A stretch of 60,798 bases of DNA, filler included, from Dimargaris cristalligena (Eukaryota), in the NCBI GenBank assembly GCA_003614675.1. It is 8 parts of 8 records of this genome, joined end to end, with 100 filler letters (N's around TTAATTAATTAA, not from the genome) between each part and the next. Parts side by side here need not be neighbours in the genome. Positions count along the whole stretch, not along the records: positions 1 to 7,536 come from ML003406.1; positions 7,637 to 15,165 come from ML003407.1; 6 more parts are not named here. One strand, written 5' to 3'. The notes below the pieces were generated by a model, which worked only from the letters and a program-made list of their open reading frames with translations, searched no databases and had not been told where the DNA came from. Both the position numbers and the translations under genes were made by a program. Positions 1 to 8,835 of the stretch are shown here, one piece after another; position 1 is the first letter of the stretch; each line of letters starts with the position of its first letter.

Positions 1-1806
1 GCTGCGCCGAATAGGAAGGCATTGGTTGAGCTTCCATTTATACACACCATAGCATCCCTTTTAAACCTCTCTAACACACATACACTGTACCATATAATAA
101 TGTACTATGCTCTACTTTGAAGAATCGCGCCACTATTCACCGGGATTTCTCGACAAAGCATCTGTTTCACTCACTGTTCATGGTATACCTCCCGCGCAAA
201 TCGGATCGTGAACCATATATTATTATTCACCTCGGTACTACTACTACTGCGGCTTTGTCTCCGATCTACTGGGCGTGTTATTTACCAGGACAGGCATCTC
301 TTACGTTCCACCCTAAAGACTTCTAAAAAATCGGACTGGGTATGTTATAATACCCGTCGGTTCCGAAAATCCACATGACACCCAAGGCCTGGAGAGTGAA
401 AGTAAAGCACACTGGTCATTCCATTATTATCCCCTTTCGATACTTCCCAAAGTCCGCGACACATCACTAAATCCCATTCACGGCACATCCACCGCTGGTC
501 AGCCAGGCCCCAATTGGTCTTCTCCTCACCCCGCCTCTCTATCCAAGAACCTTAGATCCATCGAAGCGCTGCTTGGATATAGAAGAGTATCCATATTACG
601 CCAGTTCCTTGGAGAACACACATACCTTGGAAACTACGGTTCAGACAGGATAGTCGCAATTCCGTGATGGAAGGTGTCACGGCCCTAATATACTGAGACT
701 GGAACTATATACCTCTACTGTCCAAGCTTGTTTATCTATTAAATAATATTTAGATAAGTGGGCTTCCCAATCTGTTTAGTTTGTAAACCCCAGTATTTCT
801 TCCTAGACAATGACGGCAGTATTGACTAGCTAACCTGTTCTACATTCCCATCCCTTTCCCTTCCATTCACACTGAGCCACGGCTAGTTTGCCCCTACTTC
901 ATTGGCCCTGTATAAAGCTTAGCCGGGCCTCGGAATTCTCAGACTACATGTCATTACTTTACATTTGTCGGGTGAGAGGCCCTGTGCACACATGTGTGGG
1001 CCACCTCTGCATAAATCGGAATTATTCTAGTGTGCATTGAAGGTACCCATGATGACACAACCGCCACAAGGCCAATGGTATAGACAATTGATCTTAATAT
1101 CTCGTGCATAGCAATCTATACCTTTATTGATTATGCAGAACCAGGGAGGATACTTGGTAGTATCCACCCTGAGGACACCGTTATAGAAAATCCCCGACAT
1201 TGCTATAATAGCGCGTTATAACCTTCAAACTTCAATTATAAGGGGCGGTAGACATAGTAAAACTGCTAGAGGCTGAAGCCCAGGGGATGTTTTGTAGAAG
1301 CTGTTAACCATAGACGTGTGTATATAAATAATATGGATCTGATTCGATCTGCATAGCTGTGTGCGTTAGGGCTAATTGAATTATAAGGCGGGCGTCATCG
1401 GTCTACTCAGGAATAGTTAGCACTAGGCCTTCTTTGCCGTATACTTTCACATTGTGTAACCTGCAATAGCCTGCACCTACAGTCCCCCAGTATTTGGGGT
1501 CAAAGGCCCCCCCCCCTTAATCACTGGAGTAGAGCGATAATATGAGGAAGGCATTAAGACTGCACCCCCCACTTTTACCAACTGGCCTCTACACCTACGA
1601 CTTTGCTCCCCAACTCCCCCTATTCCATATGGCCACTTTCTAAACTACTAGTGCCCATTACCCTCGTTTCTACCTTTCCTAATATAACCTTTAATTCGTG
1701 TATGTTTAAATAGCCAATCCGCCCATTCTCTACTCTCCCTTCATACTCTTACCCCTCCCATTGGCAGGTACCGGAAATAAAATAGAATCCCCTACATTTT
1801 TAGCCC

Positions 1807-3006
1807 ATGGTAAATAAACCCCAACCACGCGTGCTGGCCGAGCCGCTCACCGATGCGGCCAAAAACGAATCCGAGTTTGTCCATGATGTATACAATCAAA
1901 TTGCTCCGCATTTCAGCAACACGCGGTACAAGGTAGGCTACGTTGACCTACTTGGCAGCGATGGAATGCCGGTGGCTCCTCTAGGTCTACCTACCGCCTT
2001 TTTACATAGCCGGGCCTATTCAACCTGGTTTGTTTTATGCCCCGTGGCGCCTGCCTTCTTCGCCAAAGGCCATGTTCTTAAACTAAACCCACCTGCTTGG
2101 TTTAATATGATTACTTGAATTATAATCGCCAGGCCTGGCCCGTAGTTGAGTCGTTTCTAAACGACCGAGAGGCCGGAAGTGTTGGGGCTGACGTGGGCTG
2201 TGGCAACGGCAAGTACATGGGGGTTAATCGCAAACTAATGGTTCTAGGCTCGGATCGCAGCATCGGTTTGCTCGAGATCACCCAGGGTCGTGGATTTGAA
2301 GCCACCTTGGCGGATAATTTGGCGCTGCCCTACCGGTCGGACCGAGTGGATTTTGTCATTTCGATTGCGGTTATTCACCATTTCTCCACCCCCGAGCGAC
2401 GCCTGCAGGCCATTCGCGAATTGGTTCGCATTCTCCGACCCGGAGGACAGGCTTTGGTGTTTGTATGGGCCCTGGAACAGAAGGGCAAACGCAAGTTTGA
2501 CCAGGATCACCAGGACTTCATGGTCCCCTGGGTGGTTCCCCGGAACACCGGTATAAACTTAGGTAACGATAAAGCTACAGTGGGCAGTGTAGCTAGTGTA
2601 TCAGGTGTGCAGACCGAAGCGGAAGTCCCTCCTCCGGAGGAGGCCGAGAACGATCGGGTCTTCCATCGGTAAGTAATCTAACCGAACTGCGGTTGATGCG
2701 TACGTCTCTGACTAACTCTAGCCACTTTTGGTTCAATATCCGAAACTTCACGTCACCTTTCCGAATCACACTGTCTTCATGCCGATGCACGGTGCAACAT
2801 ACCTAATTGGACTTTCTTTTTATTTGCGCCTCTGTCTCTGTCTCTACCCCTGCTACTCCCAATTTAGCTACTACCACCTTTTCCGAGAACACGAACTCGA
2901 AACTTTAATCACCGAGTCGGACCTCAATTCAGCAGTGGAGATTGCTGACAATGGCTACGACCGGGATAATTGGTATGTGGTGCTAACCAAGCGCATCCCT
3001 GAATGA
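1807..3006 (+). CDS. TRM9: tRNA wobble-uridine carboxyl methyltransferase (Trm9/ALKBH8-type); exons 1807-1932, 2133-2668, 2868-3006
   Basis: Motifs VHDVYNQIAPHFSNTRYK|AWPVVESFL, SAM motif DVGCGNGKY, ISIAVIHHFST, VWALEQ, RYYHLF and GYDRDNWYVV. GT-AG introns restore a continuous frame. Confidence 0.92.
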
Positions 3007-3539
3007 GCTGCACTATGGACCTTTTCTTTCCACCGATACCCACCATTCTCCCCAAGCTCTAGTATGGTATATTGCTTGTACCAGACGAGCTACTTATTCA
3101 TAATATGAGATAATAAATAAATAGCGATATGGGTCGATGTACTATAGCTTGGCCTGCATTATCCAGACCCACAGCTCATGCCATCACAGCTAGATCGATA
3201 TTCGCCGAGCTGACTGCAATTCCTCAGGCGTATGCCAATTAGGCCCTATTCATTGGCCTGTCCCTACTAGGTGGGAAGTGGGTGGGTTGTCAAAATGAGA
3301 ACCTAGTGATTTAGGACTTAGATTGTGGCAATTCTGTATTCGGCCCGACCAGTCCCAAGGCATTAAATGGGGAAAGTATAGGTCTTGTTACGTTTGGTCG
3401 AGGTGGACTAGTATTTAAGGGAGCCGAGTAGGGCATGAGGTTTTTAAGATATATATGATTATTTTATTAGAACATAAAGAACCCATGTTATGACGAGTTA
3501 ACCCTTATTTTATACTCTGGGCACGTTAGTATTGATGGT

Positions 3540-4380
3540 AAGTCTTGTAACTGTTCGCTCCCCGCTTGGCGGTGCACTCTCACTGAGAGAGTCAGGAGAC
3601 CCCTCTGGTTCAGGAGGACTGATTCCCTCTGATGGTTGCAGTCTCATTGGCCTGCCATTGTGGCTAAAACACCCCCCACCTGGATCAGCTCAGACAGTCA
3701 AGCCACAATTTGCTTACACCCCCTTATATAAATCACATGCGCTGTAATTGGACAGTAGCCAGTGGGCGCGTGTGTGGATTCTGCAAACCCGGTTTATCAA
3801 ATACCCGGCCAAGCCTTCGCTTGTAGGACACCACCCCGTTCCAATGGATTACATGGGTCTTTACCAATCTGGGAAGAAGGGTTGGTCAAAACACCCCTAC
3901 AAGTCTCTCCGCTTTTGCCTCTGGTAAGATAAAATGGCCAGGTGATTAATGATGCATCTACGTTTTGATTGGAGCGTCGATATTGAAGACCATTCTCTAG
4001 TGGCTAACTGGAGTGTTGACCTTGTGAACCAATTGCTGAAAGGCACTGAGGTCGGGGTTTGGACAAATTTGGCACTCGGGCGAATAGAAGCAAGGATGCT
4101 TACTAAGCAGCCCAGCTTCCAAATCCAGCTGGCCTCGATTAAGAACCAACGCATTGGTTTCAGATGGGTCGCAGTTCCCTGCCGACTTTCCCCATTGGGT
4201 TTCGGGTCACACGATCGGTTCAATTGGCGCATTCGTTTAGTCGTCGAGGCATCGAGCAAGCCGCACTGCACCCTTCTGAGGGTGAACGGGAGAAGACTTG
4301 GTACAGCTATAGCTGGTGATACAGCGACCGAGCTTTGAAGGGCAGTCGGCCAGGGATGGAAAAACCCTGACTGACTGCCC
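3540..4380 (+). ncRNA. long structured non-coding RNA, candidate telomerase RNA (ends approximate)
   Basis: Nested long-range helices 3540-3559/4281-4299, 3569-3575/4263-4269, 3597-3603/4054-4060 and 3606-3617/4020-4031. A 9-bp helix 3657-3665/3701-3709 precedes the unpaired C-rich repeat CTTACACCCCCTTA (3713-3726). Terminal hairpin at 4340-4380. G-U pairs favour the + strand. Confidence 0.45.
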
Positions 4381-4839
4381 AGGCGGTTTTCTCCGGATAT
4401 AAATAGTTACCTGGGGCCCCCGTCATTGTCAGCAGACATCGCTTTACCATTTTCAACCCCGTTAACCAGTAAGTCAATTAAATTCGTTACGCGGCCCGCC
4501 CATACTACTGCTGCCCTTCTCTGAACAACGACCACCGCCGCATCATCATCGTCCCATTTCCGGACTGTTCTGGCTTGTGACTGGGAAATCAATCTCCCGT
4601 TATCCCGTGGCGCCCTCCCACAGTGACTGAGAGGTTTCAAACCCCCCGTTGGGACTGTCTCATTTCCCATCACCGTGCTGGTACACCCTTCCCCCTCCAT
4701 TGCCCTTTAACGCCCAACGAGTGCCCGCTTAACACCCTTATCTCTTATTCCTCCACCCGCCAGCAAGGACGCCGGTATTCACCTTCCATTGCCCTTTCGC
4801 ATTACTTTCACCTCACAGTTTCACCAACCCAACCTTCAG

Positions 4840-5005
4840 GTATGTTCATTGTATGTCTCCGCTCATTGGCTCGCGGCGGCTAACGGTATCCGTCTTAGCG
4901 TTTCTCCTCCATTAGCTTATCCTCCACCACCCAAGGCAAGCGGTGTCCACTCTATGCTCTTGACTAACCCGACTCTCTATTGACCACATCTTCCTCGCAA
5001 TTTAG
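4840..5005 (+). other. 5'-UTR intron of CCP1
   Basis: Donor GTATGT at 4840, branch site TGACTAAC near 4962, and acceptor TTTAG ending at 5005, two bases before ATG 5007. Confidence 0.65.
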
Positions 5006-5006
5006 A

Positions 5007-6122
5007 ATGCCTTTTGCCCTGCGTGGTCTCCGTTTGGCCTCCCGCCGTCTCCCCGGGGTGGGACTCACTCGTTCCTCTCCACCTTCTACCCTATTCCGCC
5101 GGGGGTACGCTGGTTCAACCTCTTCGACCAGCTCGGCCGGCAGCCCTTGGCTCGGCGTCCTCGTCGGGGGAGGCGTTGGTTTCGGCCTCGCCTACTACAT
5201 GTACGCCCCACAGAACAATGTCATTCCCTACACCAAGGACAAGGTGGACGACATTAAGGTGGAGAGTCAGCAAAAATCCGCACACGCCCCTTGGAAGAAT
5301 ATTGACTACCAAGCGGTGTACAACGACATAGCCGCCCTGCTTGATAAGGACGCCGAAGACTACGACGACGGCTCTTTTGGCCCCATCATTCTGCGCCTCG
5401 CCTGGCACGCATCGGGTACCTACGACAAGAAGGATCACTCGGGTGGATCCAACGGTGCTACCATGCGCTTCTCCCCCGAATCGAACCACGGTGCGAACCG
5501 TGGTCTCGAAGTGGCCCGCCATAAACTGGAGCTGATCAAACAAAAGTACCCGGACCTGTCCTATGCCGATCTGTGGACCCTCGCGGGAGTCGTGGCCGTT
5601 CAGGAACTCGGCGGCCCCCAGATCACCTGGCGCCCCGGTCGGTCTGACGCCACCGTCAATAAATGCACCCCGGACGGCCGGTTGCCCGATGCCTCCCAAA
5701 AGCAGGACCACGTCCGGGATGTGTTTTACCGCATGGGGTTCAATGACCAGGAAATCGTGGCCCTGGTGGGCGCCCACGCCCTCGGACGCTGCCATCGGGA
5801 ACGCAGCGGCTACGACGGCCCCTGGACCTTCTCCCCCATTAGCTTCACCAACGACTACTTCAACCAGTTGCTCAACCAAAACTGGGTCATCAAGAAATGG
5901 GACGGTCCCCAGCAGTTTGTGGATAAGGACACGGGCTCGATCATGATGCTGCCCGCTGACATGAGTCTCAAGGAGGACCCCGAGTTCCGTAAATACGTCG
6001 AACTCTACGCCAAGGACGAGGAACGCTTTTTCGCCGACTTCGCCAAGGCCTTCAAGAAACTGATTGAACTTGGGGTTGATTTCCCTAATGATTCGCCCTC
6101 GCTAACCTTTAAGCCTCTCTAA
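5007..6122 (+). CDS. CCP1: mitochondrial cytochrome c peroxidase (class I heme peroxidase)
   Basis: Arg/Ser-rich presequence plus hydrophobic segment. Motifs [49 protein letters not shown] and MMLPADMSL. Confidence 0.96.
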   Translation: MPFALRGLRLASRRLPGVGLTRSSPPSTLFRRGYAGSTSSTSSAGSPWLGVLVGGGVGFGLAYYMYAPQNNVIPYTKDKVDDIKVESQQKSAHAPWKNIDYQAVYNDIAALLDKDAEDYDDGSFGPIILRLAWHASGTYDKKDHSGGSNGATMRFSPESNHGANRGLEVARHKLELIKQKYPDLSYADLWTLAGVVAVQELGGPQITWRPGRSDATVNKCTPDGRLPDASQKQDHVRDVFYRMGFNDQEIVALVGAHALGRCHRERSGYDGPWTFSPISFTNDYFNQLLNQNWVIKKWDGPQQFVDKDTGSIMMLPADMSLKEDPEFRKYVELYAKDEERFFADFAKAFKKLIELGVDFPNDSPSLTFKPL

Positions 6123-6750
6123 TTTTTTATTTTAAAAAAAAGCCAGCCGACCCCCCCCTCCCCTTCATGTTCCCCTCCTACCGTTTTTGATACACACCGC
6201 CTCTACTAGTTTTGAAGTCGGTACACCTTTTTTACACCAACTGGATGAAACTGACCAGCCAAATTATTTGGCACACTTATGATTTTATGTGCACGCTGTA
6301 CTCCTAAAGTTAAACCCATCGACCCACACACCGTGATGCTGTGGCCTCGCCCTATTTTATAGTCATAATTTAAAATATTAATAAAAATATGCCCCACTCT
6401 GGGCTAAAAGCGCGACTGCTTAGTTTACATGTACTGGAGGTTGATGCGATAGGCAAAATACAATATTCCGGAATACAGAATCAGTGCGAATACTGCCAGA
6501 TCACCCTTAACATGCATTATCATTAATGCTCTGGATATGGATGAAATTCAACCCCGCTGTATAAGGTTTTACATAATACATGCATTGGCAAATGTATATG
6601 GGAATAGCTTTTAACTAGTAATATTGACCTCACCCAATGGATTTTTCATTATACAGCCTGAATGAACTTCTCCCATATTGATATATTTAGTTAGAACAAC
6701 GTATTTTGTTTATGTAATCTATATGGCTTTATTTTGTGTTTTTCAATTAA

Positions 6751-6821
6751 GCGCAGATGGTTTAGTGGTATAATTACCGCCTGCCACGCGGTAGACCCGG
6801 GTTCGATTCCCGGTCTGCGCA
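6751..6821 (+). tRNA. tRNA-Gly(GCC)
   Basis: Acceptor stem GCGCAGA/TCTGCGC-A, D-loop TAGTGGTA, anticodon arm ACCGC-CTGCCAC-GCGGT, T-loop GGTTCGATTCC, and a downstream T-run. Confidence 0.96.
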
Positions 6822-7354
6822 AGATACTTTTTGCCGTTTTCCGGGAGACGCTTTGCCCCAGCACCACCCCAGCATGGGAGTTGGTTTGGTAGGGTAGGTT
6901 TTTGGTATTCAATGGATCCCAAAAGCCGTTTCGAGATGTCTAGAAGTGCTTTAAACAAATTTGATGTGTTGTTGATTTGCGAATTGGAGAATATCAATCA
7001 GTGATTAATTTCTAGCTCAGGTTGTATTATTTTTGAATAAATGGAAGGGATGCAACTGGATCAATAGCACCGAGTAGCCTATTATGGTCAGAGTGGTAGA
7101 ATAGAGCAGAATCCAGTACAATCGGGAAGAATCCTAAACTGAAAAATAAAGGTCTAATGCTTCGGTGAAAATACATTTCCGACTAGCAAGTCTATGCTTC
7201 CAGACAGATTCTTCAATAATTGGCAGGACTGAATCCCGCCTGCATAAAGTTGATAAGAGTTTGGTAATATTATATGTAGTGTACATAGGGATTATATTCC
7301 TCCTACTGCCTTTCGAATGTTGTCGAAATGAAGCAAAAATAGACAAAATTTGAA

Positions 7355-7426
7355 TGCGTTGACGGGGAATCGAACCCCGACCACATGCTTGGAAGGCATG
7401 TATGATAACCATTTCACTATCAACGC
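7355..7426 (-). tRNA. tRNA-Gly(TCC)
   Basis: The reverse complement reads GCGTTGA...CATGC-CTTCCAA-GCATG...GGTTCGATTCCCCGTCAACGCA, a canonical cloverleaf. Confidence 0.95.
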
Positions 7427-7438
7427 TAATTGGTAGTG

Positions 7439-7536
7439 TGTTGTGGTAGGACCTGAGACCACTTAGCTAACAATAGCTTTCTCTCTTTCTTTTTTTATAT
7501 CCTTTTATCAACGAAGTCCTGATTTATTATTTTATT
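7439..7536 (+). mobile_element. 5' part of a family-A (Ty3/Gypsy) LTR, cut by the contig end
   Basis: TGTTGTGGTAGGACCTGAGAC is identical to the start of the 3' LTR that follows the polypurine tract at 17376. Confidence 0.8.
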
Positions 7537-7636
7537 NNNNNNNNNNNNNNNNNNNNNNNNNNNNNNNNNNNNNNNNNNNNTTAATTAATTAANNNNNNNN
7601 NNNNNNNNNNNNNNNNNNNNNNNNNNNNNNNNNNNN
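7537..7636. other. artificial contig linker
   Basis: N44-TTAATTAATTAA-N44, giving stops in all six frames. Confidence 0.98.
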
Positions 7637-7909
7637 ATCTATCTTTTCATTTAGGCTTCCCCTTTTGAGTATAAATACTCCCCCTTACTGCCACCTCTTG
7701 GAACAGCAAGTCTATTATCACCTTTCCCTTATCATCTATTTTTTTTAATGAAGTTCAGTTTTCAAGGATTTAATTTCAGTTCTTTACAGTTAGTACTGTA
7801 CCCCCATCCTAATACTAGTAGCCCACTTGGCCGAGTCTAAGCCCTGCCTACTGTTAGAAGCCTACCCTCAGGACTCTTGATGGACTAAGAGTAATTAACC
7901 CAGGCAACA
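7637..7909. mobile_element. LTR fragments: family-A 3' portion (7637-7788) joined to a family-B LTR end (7789-7909, minus orientation)
   Basis: 7637-7788 matches 30514-30667. 7789-7909 matches the family-B terminus ...GACTAAGAGT...CCCAGGCAACA. Confidence 0.75.
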
Positions 7910-8835
7910 GGAGTAAATGCTAGTTGAAATTTTTGAAGAATTTGATGTCAATTTCTTCAAACCCCAATAGCATATATTGTGATAAATAAATGCATTGGCT
8001 ATAGCTTTCTTAATGGAGATTGTCCCACTGGGAAACATCTTGAAAGCAGATGCAAACACCCAAACTCAATTGATAATAATGTGAAATGGAAATAGTAAGG
8101 CTTAAAAGCCAATTTGAAAAGTGCAGTATTTATATACACATAAACTACTGAAAACAGCAGGCTTAAGCAGAGTGCCAGAAATTAGTTTACCAGATACTTG
8201 TACCAGGTGTTTGCTTTGGGCAGTACTAACCGAGCATCCAGATACTTGAATAATAAGATATCCCACTTCTGGTATTTTAAAGTTAGACAAGGAGTCTCAA
8301 TAGGGGGGAATACCCATGCAGAATCCTAGAGGATATGATGCCAGTCATTTAAGTCAGGCAAATATCAACAGTAGGACTGGCACGAAATCGAGTGATTGTA
8401 TCTAAACAACGGACTTCTTTTTGGGAGACGTAGGCTCATTTGTTCACCTAGTTTGCTCTCTCTTATTTTATATAGCTTACATTTATGAATGAATGCCTAC
8501 TGGTCGGCACCGTAATACAGGCGAGTTCTTTCCCAGTCCTCCGAGGTAAGCGTCATATTATTAGGCGGAATAGTATTTTTATCAAACAAGAAACAGCTTT
8601 CTATCATAATATAACATATCATTGAACAATGGGTATATAATACACATTTGGATTGGAAAACAAGGGCGGGCGGGTAGGTGGGTGGAAATGACAACCCAAA
8701 ATTCAATATTAACAACTGACTTCATTACATGTAGAAATGCAGGGGTAAATTGGAGTCCATCTGGAAATACATGTGCGGGCGTGTGATAAGTCAAATCAAA
8801 ATCGGCCGAGTACTTTCGGTGGAATCGGACGCAAT

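Noticed and set aside
3897-4338. Overlapping ORFs 3949-4338 (+) and 3897-4271 (-)
   Set aside because: No recognisable motifs. The region is better explained by RNA base-pairing, although coding use cannot be excluded without data.
4404-4420. GTTACCTGGGG resembling the U1 snRNA 5' end
   Set aside because: It lacks the ATACTTACCTG start, the U1 stem-loop I/II motifs and an Sm site.
5115-5879. 254-aa antisense ORF over CCP1, and similar shadow ORFs over DENND6, SREBP and UFE1
   Set aside because: Expected by-product of GC3-rich codon usage on the sense strand.
6900-7340. Minus-strand peptide EESVWKHRLASRKCIF between the tRNAs, reminiscent of a LINE C-terminus
   Set aside because: Too short and degenerate, with no RT motifs, poly(A) tail or TSD.
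1807-7426. TRM9 on the same contig as tRNA-Gly(TCC), a Trm9 substrate type
   Set aside because: They are more than 4 kb apart with unrelated genes between, and tRNA genes are multicopy and dispersed. Probably coincidence.
8497-8556. MTLTSEDWERTRLYY on the minus strand, resembling the microprotein first exon
   Set aside because: No donor at the conserved position and no alignable second exon.
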